From Desulfovibrio sp. (GTDB lineage: Bacteria > Desulfobacterota > Desulfovibrionia > Desulfovibrionales > Desulfovibrionaceae): 64,000 nucleotides of DNA. The notes under the pieces were generated by a model. That model made no database searches. It worked only from the letters and a program-made list of their open reading frames with translations, and was not told the DNA's origin. Each line of letters starts with the position of its first letter. The stretch's first letter is position 1. Location of the stretch: contig JBFWMQ010000007.1 in the NCBI GenBank assembly GCA_050251495.1, positions 8,214 through 72,213 on the forward strand. Reading direction: 5' to 3'. The position numbers and the translations under genes are program-made. This document shows positions 54,428 through 64,000 of the stretch, one piece after another.

Positions 54428-54478
54428 GGAAAGAAAGACGCCCGGCCCTTTCCGCGTGTGGATGGAAGGGGCCGGGCG
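54428..54478 (-). terminator. Intrinsic terminator after the class IV aminotransferase
   Basis: CGCCCGGCCCCTTCC...GGAAAGGGCCGGGCG hairpin followed by TCTTTCTTT on the minus strand. Confidence 0.7.
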
Positions 54479-54501
54479 CGCGTTGTCTCGTTGCGGCGCG
54501 G

Positions 54502-55440
54502 TTAGAATACCAAGCCGTTTTGCTGCAGATCCGCCTGGAGCAGGGCGCGGACCTTGCGCGTCACCGGGCCGGGCCGGGCGTCGAAGATGGGCTTGCCGCC
54601 ATAGCGCACGATGCCGATGGCGTCGAAGCTGGTGCCGATCATCATCACCTCGCGCGCGGCAAAGACCTCTTCCTCGGTCACGCCCTTGAAGATCACGGAC
54701 ATCTCCCCCTTCAGCAAGTCCACGGCGCGCATGAGGGTGGTGCCCGCCAGCGAGTTGGTGAACTCCGGAATCACCAGCCTGCCCGCCTCGTCCACCAGGG
54801 CCACGTTCTCCGTGGCGCCCTCGGCCAGAAAGCCGTTGCCGTCGAAGCAGAGGGGGAAGTCCACGCGGTTGTTCACGGCCTCGCGCTTCATCAGCACGTT
54901 GGGCAGGTAGTTGGTGGTCTTGACCGTGGCCATCCAGGCCTGCTTGGCCGGAATGCTCGTGCGCATGGCCGTGGCGCCCTTCTCGAACGCGCTCTCCGGC
55001 CGCTTGTGCATGCGGTAGGCCACCACGTACATGCTCGGCACCGGGCTCTCGTAGGGGTCCAGGCCGAACCCGCCGGGGCCGCGGCCAAGCAGCACGCGGA
55101 TCAGCCCGTCGGGCTCGTTGCCCGCCCGCGCCACCTCGATGATGGCCTCCGCAAGCTCGTTCCAGGAGCACGGCGGCTCCAGGTGGATGGCCTGGCAGGA
55201 GACCTTCATGCGCCGGATGTGGGCGTCCAGCTGGTACAGCTTGCGGCCCTCGTACTTGACGGACTCGAACACGCCGTCGCCCCGGTGCACCAGATGGTCG
55301 TCCCAGGGCATGAGCATGAGCTTCGGGTCGGTGCCGATGACCCCGACGCGGTGATCGTAAAAGGCCAGCACTTCCTCGCTGCCGGGCCGTATGGCCTCAA
55401 GCAGAGCCTCCAGGTATTCCTGCGAACCGGCGACGCGCAT
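54502..55440 (-). CDS. PLP-dependent aminotransferase class IV (D-amino-acid transaminase / IlvE / PabC family)
   Basis: HRGDGVFES, VKTTNYLPNVL (PLP lysine), EGATEN and LAGTT; the subfamily cannot be resolved from motifs. Confidence 0.9.
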   Translation of the reverse strand: MRVAGSQEYLEALLEAIRPGSEEVLAFYDHRVGVIGTDPKLMLMPWDDHLVHRGDGVFESVKYEGRKLYQLDAHIRRMKVSCQAIHLEPPCSWNELAEAIIEVARAGNEPDGLIRVLLGRGPGGFGLDPYESPVPSMYVVAYRMHKRPESAFEKGATAMRTSIPAKQAWMATVKTTNYLPNVLMKREAVNNRVDFPLCFDGNGFLAEGATENVALVDEAGRLVIPEFTNSLAGTTLMRAVDLLKGEMSVIFKGVTEEEVFAAREVMMIGTSFDAIGIVRYGGKPIFDARPGPVTRKVRALLQADLQQNGLVF

Positions 55441-55467
55441 GTGCTTTCCCCTTTTGACTTTTGGACC

Positions 55468-56496
<1,029 letters not shown>

Positions 56497-56508
56497 GTTG
56501 CTCTCCGT

Positions 56509-57384
56509 TTATCGCAAGGTAACGTTGTTGACGATTTCCAGGCAGGCCTCGGCCCGGTTCAAGGTGTACAGGTGCACCCCGGGCACGCCCGCATCCACGA
56601 GCCCCTGGACCTGCTCGGTGGCGCGGCGGATGCCCAACTCGCGCACGGCGGTGTCGCCGCCCTGGGCAAAGGCGCGCTCAAGCTCCTGGTAAAAGCCGCC
56701 GAACACCGCGCGCCCGTTCAGGCCGGCGATGAACTCCGCGCTCTTCATGCCCATGATCGGCATGACGCCGGGAAGCACCGGCACCTTCACGCCGCGCTCG
56801 CGCAGACGCGCCACGTAGTCCAGAAACAGCGCGTTCTCAAAAAACAGCTGGCTGACCACGAACTGCCCGCCCGCGTCCACCTTGTGCTTCAGCCACTTGA
56901 GGTCGTCCTCAAGCGTGGCCGACTCCGGGTGCATGGTGGGAATGCCCGCAACCCCGATGCCCATGGCCGGAAACTCCGCGCGGATGAAGCGCACCAGGTC
57001 CGAGGCGTGCCGGAACTCCTGGCCCTCAAAGCGGAAGTCCGGGTTGTTTTTGGGCGGGTCGCCGCGCAGGGCCAGCACGTTGTCGATGCCGACCGCGCTG
57101 ATGGCCTCAAGAAACTCGCGCAGCGCGGCGGACGACGCGCCCACGCAGGTCAGGTGCGCCATGGGCTCCAGGCCCATCTCGCGCTTCAGGTGGGTCACCA
57201 CGTCCAGGGTGTTGGCCTGGGTGCCGCCGCCCGCCCCATAGGTGACGGACACGAAAAGCGGGTCCACGGCCTTGAGCTTCTCCACCTCGGCGAAGAACTT
57301 GGGCCAGGTGTCGCGCTCCTTGGGCGGGAAGAATTCAAGGGAGAAGAAAGGTTTCCGTGTTGGAATAAGTTCCGCGATCTGCAA
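56509..57384 (-). CDS. metF: 5,10-methylenetetrahydrofolate reductase
   Basis: SLEFFPPK, SVTYGAGG, AHLTC, LALRGDPP, KVDAG and HLYTLN; probable TTG start at 57384 with an AAGGAG RBS. Confidence 0.93.
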   Translation of the reverse strand: MQIAELIPTRKPFFSLEFFPPKERDTWPKFFAEVEKLKAVDPLFVSVTYGAGGGTQANTLDVVTHLKREMGLEPMAHLTCVGASSAALREFLEAISAVGIDNVLALRGDPPKNNPDFRFEGQEFRHASDLVRFIRAEFPAMGIGVAGIPTMHPESATLEDDLKWLKHKVDAGGQFVVSQLFFENALFLDYVARLRERGVKVPVLPGVMPIMGMKSAEFIAGLNGRAVFGGFYQELERAFAQGGDTAVRELGIRRATEQVQGLVDAGVPGVHLYTLNRAEACLEIVNNVTLR

Positions 57385-57545
57385 GCGAATCCGCTCCTTG
57401 CTGGTTGCCGCGCCGATGATAGCACTCTCGTAGGGTGGCGCGGAAATTGAGTGCATACTCCTTCTTGCGGCGGTGCGCAATCCATGCGCCAGGCTTCACA
57501 AAGTAGAGAAGGAGCAAAGCGGAAGCACAAGAGCGTCGGCGGCGG

Positions 57546-57965
57546 TCAGCCAAGCTCCTGCGGCCAGGAAAGCGCGGGCACGATGTCCGCGTTGGCGGGC
57601 AGGAAGATGGACACGTCGGCCTGGCCCGGGGTGAACCAGGCGAAGCGCTGGCCCTCCTGGGGCTCCACCTCGCCGACGAAGTCCGTGACGTGGAAGAAGT
57701 TCAGGAGCACCGGCCCCTGCGGATACACGAAGCGTTTCTCGCGCCAGAACACAAGCCGCGTGGACGTGAAGGACAGCTCCTCCTGAAGCTCGCGGATGAG
57801 CGCGGCTTCAAGGCTTTCGCCCGGCTCCACCTTGCCGCCGGGAAACTCCCACCAGCCCGCGTGCGCCTTGCCAGCCGGGCGCTCCACGCCCAGGAAGCGG
57901 CCATCCCGCCACACGATGCCCGCCACCACGAGCAGGCCGCCGTCGCGCGTCCCCTCAGCCGTCAA
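57546..57965 (-). CDS. NUDIX hydrolase, MutT-like
   Basis: GWWEFPGGKVEPGESLEAALIRELQEEL Nudix box and FLPAN; start uncertain (TTG overlapping the upstream gene). Confidence 0.85.
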   Translation of the reverse strand: MTAEGTRDGGLLVVAGIVWRDGRFLGVERPAGKAHAGWWEFPGGKVEPGESLEAALIRELQEELSFTSTRLVFWREKRFVYPQGPVLLNFFHVTDFVGEVEPQEGQRFAWFTPGQADVSIFLPANADIVPALSWPQELG

Positions 57966-59991
57966 GGCAGACTCCCATCTCGGCCTGCACCGCGGCCATT
58001 TTCTCCTCAAGGCCGCCCATGCGCTCCATGAGCTTCTCAGCCCAGTCCGACACCTCGCGGTACTGGTTGTTCACGGCCAGCGCCTCGCCCGCGCTGCCGT
58101 AGGTGGCCGGGTCGTTCATCTTGGCCTCCAGCTCGCCCTGCTCCAGCAGCACGCGCTCCAGGTCCTTCTCGCACTTGGCGTATTCCTCGCGCAGGGGCTT
58201 CAGGGCGCGGGACAAGGCGTTGCGCTGCTCGGCCAGCTTGCGCTTCTCGTCCTTCGAGAGCCTTTTGGAGCCTTGGTCCTCCTCCACTTCGGGAGAAGCG
58301 GCGGGCGCGCATTCCTGCTTCCTGGCCTCGCGCCTGGCGCCCAGCTTGGCCTCGGCCAGCGCGGCCCGGCGCTTGGCGTCATACTCCTCAAAGCCCTCGT
58401 GGTGCTGGGTGAGCCCCTCCGGCCCGAGCACCCAGATCTCTTCGGCAACTTCGCCCATGAGGTAGCGGTCGTGAGCCACCATGAACAGCGTGCCCTCGAA
58501 ATCCTTGAGCGCGGCCACAAGGCCTTCGCGGCTCTCCAGGTCCAGGTGGTTGGTGGGCTCGTCGAGAATCAGCAGGTTGGCCTTGCCCAAGAACAGGCTG
58601 GCCATGACGAGCCTGCTTTTCTCGCCGCCGGAGAGCGCGGCCACCGGGCGCTCGAAGTAGTTCTCGCCAAGCAGGAACAGGCCCAGCACGCCCATGAGTT
58701 GCTCCTCGGTGCAGCGCGGGTCGCACAGGCGGCGCATCTCGCCGATGACCGTGCCCGTGGGCCGCAGGATCTCGGTCTGGTGCTGGCTGAAGTAGGCGAG
58801 CTGGGTGTTGTTGCCCAGCTTGGCGTAGCCGTGGGTGGGGGCGAGCTTCCCGGTGAGCACCTTGAGCAGCGTGGACTTGCCCGCGCCGTTTGGGGCAACC
58901 AGCGCGATCTTGCGGCCCCGGAAGATCTGGAAGTTCAGGCGCGGCCACAGGGTCTTGCCGCTGCGCCCGGACTCCGGGGCGTACTGGAACTCCAGGTCCA
59001 CGGCGTTGATGGCCACCTTGTCGCCGCGCGTGGGCTCGGGCAGGCGGAAGGAGAGCCTGCGGCCCGGCCTGGCGGCCAGGCTGTCGCCCTTCAGCTTGTC
59101 CAGCTCGTCCTGAAGCTTCTCCACCTTCTTGAGCTTGCTCTGGGCCTGGGCGGCCTTGCGCGCCTTGACCCGGAAGCGGCGGATGAACGACTCCTCGTGG
59201 TCGATGCGCGCGGAGATCTTGGCCGCCTCGCGTTCACGCTGCTCGGCGTTCTCGGCCATCCAGGCCAGAAAGTCGCTGAAGGAGCCCGCGCGCAGCACCG
59301 GCTTGGCCGTGCCCAGCACCAGCACTTGCGAGCCGACGCGCTCCAAAAATACGCGGTCGTGGGCCACGAAGATGAGCGTGCCCTTGAAGGCCAGCAGATA
59401 CTCTTCAAGCCACTGCACGGCCTCCAGGTCCAGGTGGTTGGTGGGCTCGTCCAGCAGCAGGATGTCGGCCCCCTGCAGCAGCACACGGGCCAGCTTGGCG
59501 CGCTCGCGCCAGCCGCCGGAGAGGTACTCGATGCGGCGCGAAAGGTCCTGGTCCTCAAAGCCCAGGCCGGAGAGGATGGCCCGGGCCTTGTGCTCCGGGT
59601 TGTAGCCGTACTGGCTCTCGAAACGCGCCTGGCGTTCGGAGAGCTTGTGCAGCCGGGCCTCGTCGCGCTCCTCAACCGCGTGCTCCCACTCGCGCCAGAA
59701 GTCGCGCCAGGAAGGCAGGGCCGAGAGCACCCAGCCCAGCAGCGGCTCGGAGAGATCCGCGCCGGAAAGCTCCTGGGCCACATAGCCCACGCGCGCGCCC
59801 TTGCTCATGACCACGCTGCCGCCTTCGGGCTCGGTGCGGCCCGCCAGGATGCGCAGAAGCGTGCTCTTGCCCGTGCCGTTCGCCCCGGCCACGGCCAGGC
59901 GCATTCCGGGCTGGGCCTCGAAGGACAGGCCAGAGAAGAGGGTCTCGCCCCCGTAGGACTTCTCGATGTTCTGGACAGTGATCTTGGACAC
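57955..59991 (-). CDS. ABC-F family ATPase (YheS-like)
   Basis: Two NBDs (GANGTGKST / LSGGWRER / DEPTNHLD and APNGAGKST / LSGGEKSR / DEPTNHLD), linker RFRVKARKAAQAQS and C-terminal coiled coil. Confidence 0.93.
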   Translation of the reverse strand: MSKITVQNIEKSYGGETLFSGLSFEAQPGMRLAVAGANGTGKSTLLRILAGRTEPEGGSVVMSKGARVGYVAQELSGADLSEPLLGWVLSALPSWRDFWREWEHAVEERDEARLHKLSERQARFESQYGYNPEHKARAILSGLGFEDQDLSRRIEYLSGGWRERAKLARVLLQGADILLLDEPTNHLDLEAVQWLEEYLLAFKGTLIFVAHDRVFLERVGSQVLVLGTAKPVLRAGSFSDFLAWMAENAEQREREAAKISARIDHEESFIRRFRVKARKAAQAQSKLKKVEKLQDELDKLKGDSLAARPGRRLSFRLPEPTRGDKVAINAVDLEFQYAPESGRSGKTLWPRLNFQIFRGRKIALVAPNGAGKSTLLKVLTGKLAPTHGYAKLGNNTQLAYFSQHQTEILRPTGTVIGEMRRLCDPRCTEEQLMGVLGLFLLGENYFERPVAALSGGEKSRLVMASLFLGKANLLILDEPTNHLDLESREGLVAALKDFEGTLFMVAHDRYLMGEVAEEIWVLGPEGLTQHHEGFEEYDAKRRAALAEAKLGARREARKQECAPAASPEVEEDQGSKRLSKDEKRKLAEQRNALSRALKPLREEYAKCEKDLERVLLEQGELEAKMNDPATYGSAGEALAVNNQYREVSDWAEKLMERMGGLEEKMAAVQAEMGVCLDG

Positions 59992-60126
59992 AAAACCTCC
60001 GGAAAAACGTGGCCCGATACTCCGCGCCGGGCTTATGCCCTTGGACGCCCCGAAAGGGCCGCTGTGCTGATATATCGCCTCTGCTCACCTTGGCAAGTGG
60101 GGCCTGGGCGGGCTATGCTCAGGCCC

Positions 60127-60429
60127 ATGTCCTGGAACGTGTACCTGCTGTCCTGCGCCGACGGCGCGCTTTACTGCGGCGTCACCACCGACGTTGCGCG
60201 CCGTGTGGCCGAGCACAACGCGGGCACGGCCTCGCGCTGCACCCGCGCCCGCCTGCCCGTTGCGCTTGCCGCCAGCGCGCCCTGCGCGGACAAGGGGGCC
60301 GCCCTGCGCCTGGAGCTGGCCGTCAAGAAACGCCCGCGCGCGAACAAAGTGGCCTTTCTGCTGGCGCAGCCCGGCGCGAGCCTTGCCGGTGAAAATCCGC
60401 CAGCCGAAGCAGAGGCGGAGTCCGCATGA
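60127..60429 (+). CDS. GIY-YIG nuclease family protein (YhbQ-like)
   Basis: WNVYLL.CADGALYCGVTTDVARRVAEHN and ALRLE..VK; this is the tail of track ORF 57796..60429. Confidence 0.88.
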   Translation: MSWNVYLLSCADGALYCGVTTDVARRVAEHNAGTASRCTRARLPVALAASAPCADKGAALRLELAVKKRPRANKVAFLLAQPGASLAGENPPAEAEAESA

Positions 60430-61331
60430 AGCCCTTCGACCCCACGCGTCCCTGCACCCTGTGCCCGCGCGCCTGCGGGGCCGTGCGGGCGGAAGCCCCC
60501 GGCTTCTGCGGCGCGGGCGCGTCCATGCGCGTGGCCCTGGCCCAGCTGCATTACGGCGAGGAGCCCTGCCTGAGCGGCCCGGACCCGGCCCTTGGCGGCA
60601 GCGGAACGATCTTCTTCTCCGGCTGCGCGCTTAAGTGCGTGTTTTGCCAGAACCACGACATCAGCTTCGGCAACCTTGGGCATGATTTGAGCGTGGACGA
60701 CCTGACCGCGCTGATGCTGGAGCTCCAGCTCTCGGGCGCGCACAACATCAATCTGGTGACGCCTTCGCACTTCACGCCCCAGGTGCGGCAGGCGCTTGCG
60801 CTGGCCAAGGCCAGCGGCCTGACCCTGCCCGTGGTCTGGAACTCCAGCGGCTACGAAACCGTGGAAACGCTGCGCGGCCTGGAGGGACTGGTGGACATCT
60901 ACCTGCCGGACCTGAAGTACATGGACTCGCATGCTGCGGCGCGCTACTGCGCCGCGCCGGACTATCCCCGCGTGGCCACCCGCGCCATCGCCGAGATGCA
61001 CCGGCAGGTGGGGCGGCTCGCCCTGAACGACGCGGGCCTGGCCGTGCGCGGGCTGCTCATCCGCCTGCTGGTGCTGCCGGGAAACGCCGGCCGCGCCGAT
61101 CTGGCGCTCGACTGGATCGCCGGCACGCTCGGCGCGGATACCGCGGTGAGCCTCATGGGCCAGTACTATCCCGCGCACCGGGCGGGCGAATTCCCGGAGA
61201 TCAACCGCTGCGTGACCCCCGGCGAATACGGGGCCGTGCGCGCGCGCCTGGAGGCGCTGGGCTTCCGGCGCGGCTTCGTGCAGGAGGTCGGCTCCAGCGC
61301 CGCCTGGACGCCGGACTTCCGGCAAAGATAA
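60426..61331 (+). CDS. Radical SAM protein, PflX-like
   Basis: N-terminal CTLCPRACG, HYGEEPCLSG..GSGTIFFSGCALKCVFCQN, NINLVTPSH and DIYLPDLKY. Confidence 0.88.
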   Translation: MKPFDPTRPCTLCPRACGAVRAEAPGFCGAGASMRVALAQLHYGEEPCLSGPDPALGGSGTIFFSGCALKCVFCQNHDISFGNLGHDLSVDDLTALMLELQLSGAHNINLVTPSHFTPQVRQALALAKASGLTLPVVWNSSGYETVETLRGLEGLVDIYLPDLKYMDSHAAARYCAAPDYPRVATRAIAEMHRQVGRLALNDAGLAVRGLLIRLLVLPGNAGRADLALDWIAGTLGADTAVSLMGQYYPAHRAGEFPEINRCVTPGEYGAVRARLEALGFRRGFVQEVGSSAAWTPDFRQR

Positions 61332-61376
61332 GGCGCGGGCCTCGACGCCGGACGCCAACCCTGCTAGGTTGAAACC

Positions 61377-62390
61377 ATGCCGACATCTGAACAGGACTTC
61401 CTGGCCGTCATCGACCGCCACTTCCCCAACCGGGGCGGGCATGTGCTGCTTGGCCGGGGCGACGACTGCGCGATCTTCGACCTTGAGGGGCACGACAGGC
61501 CGGGCAAGGCCGGCGGCACGCTCTGCGTCAGCACCGACCTGTTCGTGGAGGACGTGCACTTCCGGCGCGCGTACTTCACGCCCGCGGACATCGGGCACAA
61601 GGCGCTGGCCGCCGCGGCAAGCGACCTTGCGGGCATGGCCGCCGAGCCGCTGGGCTTCGCCCTGTCCCTGGTGCTGCCGGGCGACCTGGCCGACGATTTT
61701 CTGGACCAGATGCTGGCGGCCATGGCCGAGCTCTCGGGCCGCCTGGGGCTGCCGCTCGTTGGCGGCGACCTGAGCCGGGGGCCTGTCTTGGCGCTGGACA
61801 TGGTGGTCTTCGGCAGGCCCGACCCCACCGGGCGGCTGCTCAGGCGCGGCCAGGCAAAACCCGGCGACGCCCTGCTGCTCGCTGGCGACATCGGCCTGGC
61901 CCGGGCCGGGCTGGCCGAGCTGGAATGCCGGGGCCTGTGCGAGCCGGGCCAGTGGCCCGCCGCCCTGGCCGCGCACCTGCGACCGGAGCCGCGCCTCGCG
62001 GAAGGCCTGGCCCTGGCGCGCATCGAGACCCCGGACGGTCCGGCCATCTCCGGGCTCATGGATGTTTCCGACGGCCTGGCGCGCGACCTGCCGCGCTTCC
62101 TCGGCCCCTTTGGCGCGGACCTGAGCCTGGGCCCCGACGACCTGCACCCCGAGGTTGCGGCCTACTTCTCGTCCCTTGGCGAGGACCCGGTGGAGGCCGC
62201 CATCCTGGGCGGCGAGGACTACGCCCTGCTCGCCTGCGCGGAGCAGAAGCGCCTGCCCATGGTCCTGGCCGTGCTGCCCCAGGTGCGGGTCATCGGCCAG
62301 GTCTCCGCCGCGCCCGGCGTGCGGCTCAACAGCGGCGCCGTGCTGCGCCAGGGCTTCGACCACTTCGCCAAGCCGGGAACCGAAGGCTAG
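61377..62390 (+). CDS. thiL: Thiamine-monophosphate kinase
   Basis: GRGDDCA, STDLFVEDVHF, SDLAGM, LVGGD, MDVSDGLARD and GGEDYALL. Confidence 0.93.
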   Translation: MPTSEQDFLAVIDRHFPNRGGHVLLGRGDDCAIFDLEGHDRPGKAGGTLCVSTDLFVEDVHFRRAYFTPADIGHKALAAAASDLAGMAAEPLGFALSLVLPGDLADDFLDQMLAAMAELSGRLGLPLVGGDLSRGPVLALDMVVFGRPDPTGRLLRRGQAKPGDALLLAGDIGLARAGLAELECRGLCEPGQWPAALAAHLRPEPRLAEGLALARIETPDGPAISGLMDVSDGLARDLPRFLGPFGADLSLGPDDLHPEVAAYFSSLGEDPVEAAILGGEDYALLACAEQKRLPMVLAVLPQVRVIGQVSAAPGVRLNSGAVLRQGFDHFAKPGTEG

Positions 62391-62434
62391 CCCTCGGCTC
62401 CAGCTCCACCTCTCATCCCCCCAAGGAGCCCCGC

Positions 62435-62842
62435 ATGGACATGCTGCCCGAAAGCGCGCGCCTCACGATCCTGGGCCATGTGCGCTCCAGCCTCACGAAC
62501 CGTGATGCCGCGCCCAAATCCGGCGACGAGGGCGCGCCCGAAGCCTGGCTGGAGCTGGACGCGGAATTCGCCCCGGCCCTGCTCGGCCTGGAGCCGGGGC
62601 AGCGCATCCTGGTCATCACCTGGCTGCACCAGGGCGACCGCGCGACCCTGCAATGCCACCCGCGCGGCGACAAAAACCGGCCCAGGCGCGGGGTCTTCGC
62701 CACGCGCTCGCCCGACCGGCCCAACCCGCTGGGCCTGCATGAGGTGACGATTCTTGAGGTCGCGGCTCCGGCGCGTCTGCGCGTGGAACCTCTGGAGGCC
62801 ATCGACGGGACGCCGGTGGTGGATCTGAAGAGCGTGAAATAA
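62435..62842 (+). CDS. tsaA: tRNA (N6-threonylcarbamoyladenosine(37)-N6)-methyltransferase TrmO / TsaA family
   Basis: GVFATRSPDRPNPLGL and LEAIDGTPVVDLK; AAGGAG RBS. Confidence 0.85.
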   Translation: MDMLPESARLTILGHVRSSLTNRDAAPKSGDEGAPEAWLELDAEFAPALLGLEPGQRILVITWLHQGDRATLQCHPRGDKNRPRRGVFATRSPDRPNPLGLHEVTILEVAAPARLRVEPLEAIDGTPVVDLKSVK

Positions 62843-62914
62843 GGCGTGGACAATGCCGCACGCGCCGGGACGAGGCTACAGAGGCGCTGACGGCGACGCC
62901 GCGCAGGGCCGAGG

Positions 62915-63214
62915 CTACGGCAGCACGTGCCCCTTCTGTTCCGCGATGCAGGCGTTCAGCTCCGCGAGGAACATGGCGCGCATGTTGTTGTAGTACTTAA
63001 GCCTGCTTTGCAGCCGCATCATGCTGCGCCGGGCGGCGTCCTGGTATTTGCCGTGCCGCTCGTCCGTGCTCGTCTTGAAGGCGGGCTTCTTCTTCTCCTC
63101 GTCGATCTCGCGGCCAAGGTGCTTGATCTTGCCCTCATACTCCTTGACCCGCGCCGCGTAATACTTGCGCAGGATCACCAGCGCGTCCGGATTTGCACTC
63201 TTTTCCTCGACCAT
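62915..63214 (-). CDS. Hypothetical charged coiled-coil protein
   Basis: Start MVEEKSAN with an AAAGGTG RBS; K/E/R-rich and helical. Confidence 0.65.
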   Translation of the reverse strand: MVEEKSANPDALVILRKYYAARVKEYEGKIKHLGREIDEEKKKPAFKTSTDERHGKYQDAARRSMMRLQSRLKYYNNMRAMFLAELNACIAEQKGHVLP

Positions 63215-63388
63215 GCGCACACCTTTCCGCCGGGCCTGCCCAAACCGCCGCACCCGCGCCAGCCGAGGGGCAGCCCCATAGCGTCGTTACTTGCAGCCGC
63301 AAGGGCTGCGAAATGGAAACATTGCCCGTGGGCCAGGCTTTGTCAATCGCCGAATTGATGCGCGGCGAACCGCCCGCCCGCTCCACAC

Positions 63389-63426
63389 AAAAAACGCCCC
63401 CGCCGGTCCCTAAACCGGCGGGGGCG
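63389..63426 (-). terminator. Intrinsic terminator after the SufBD gene
   Basis: CGCCCCCGCCGG...CCGGCGGGGGCG hairpin followed by TTTTTT on the minus strand. Confidence 0.75.
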
Positions 63427-63452
63427 CAAATGCGCCGGAAGTGCGCCGCGCC

Positions 63453-64000
63453 TTACATGGCGTTGGCGTCGATCTGCTCCACCTGCTCCTGAATGGCCTT
63501 GGCCAGCGGCCCTTCCAGGCCCATGATGTCCACGTTGAGGAAGCCGCGCACGATGGTGCTGGTGGCCTCGCTCTCGTCCATGCCGCGCGCCATCAGGTAC
63601 TCGATCTCGTCCTGGGCGATCTTGCCCACGGCGGCCTCGTGCGAGAGGTCGACCCCCTCCACTGTGGCGTCCAGCTCCGGCACGGCCAGCATCTGCCCGC
63701 CGCCCAAAATGAGCCCCTTGCACTCCAAATGCCCCCGGCAGGGCACGGCATGGCCCGCGATGTGCCCGCGCGCGATGTTCACGCCGCCGGTGGTGATGGT
63801 GCGGCTGATGATCTCCGAGCGGGTCTCGGGGGCGTTCATGATGACGCGGTTGCCGCAGTCCACGTGGCTGCCCTCGGGCGTCACGATGACCGAGTTGAAA
63901 CGGGCCACGGCGCCGCGGCCGTTCAGGTGGATGGCCGGATACATTTGCAGGGTGCCCACGGGGTTCAGGAGCACGTAGTTGCTTTGGAACACGCCGCCCT
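63453..64000 (-). CDS. SufB/SufD family Fe-S assembly scaffold, 3' part (truncated by the window end)
   Basis: GHLECKGLIL, AVPEL, LSHEAAVGKIA.DEIEYLMARG..E.EA.STIVRGFL. Confidence 0.9.
   Translation of the reverse strand, partial: GGVFQSNYVLLNPVGTLQMYPAIHLNGRGAVARFNSVIVTPEGSHVDCGNRVIMNAPETRSEIISRTITTGGVNIARGHIAGHAVPCRGHLECKGLILGGGQMLAVPELDATVEGVDLSHEAAVGKIAQDEIEYLMARGMDESEATSTIVRGFLNVDIMGLEGPLAKAIQEQVEQIDANAM

Noticed and set aside
57390-57545. SAM-I-like (GGCAACC...AAGG) or SAH-like fragments upstream of metF
   Set aside because: The AUCAAGAG / GAGGGA / GGCCC core of SAM-I and the CCAGGCUC element of SAH riboswitches are absent.
57796-60126. 877-aa ORF ending in a GIY-YIG domain, looking like a fusion
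   Set aside because: The first ~777 codons are antisense to the ABC-F gene; only the last 100 aa are a credible protein.

Overview
High-GC core-chromosome segment. Gene content and style (rpsB start MAYVTMKQ, TIGR03960-type radical SAM fusion, many sigma-54 promoters, Sec-type genes) suggest a Desulfovibrionaceae / Desulfobacterota genome; this is inferred, not proven. It holds about 58 CDS, including polA, serS, hisC, cmk, metF, asd, thiL, cbiK, cobU, a CbiR-like enzyme, two ABC-F ATPases, two two-component systems, an MCP and two glycan-biosynthesis clusters (one pglFEDCA-like), plus tRNA-Ala(CGC). No CRISPR array, transposase, integrase or prophage is visible. The best signals are absent from the ORF track: (1) a clear ZMP/ZTP (pfl) riboswitch directly upstream of a BenE-family transporter, suggesting folate-stress-induced uptake, possibly of p-aminobenzoate; (2) an unlisted 72-aa Cys-rich gene whose in-frame TGA sits in an NPSGR-U-C motif followed by a well-placed SECIS-like hairpin; (3) a glutaredoxin-like gene ending TGA-CAC-ATC-TGA (U-x-x-stop); (4) a 156-bp fully palindromic MITE-like element at the polA stop codon; (5) a 48-aa sigma-54-driven small protein; (6) a GlrK-QseG-GlrR-like three-component system behind a sigma-54 promoter. 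All calls come from reading the sequence; no searches were run.
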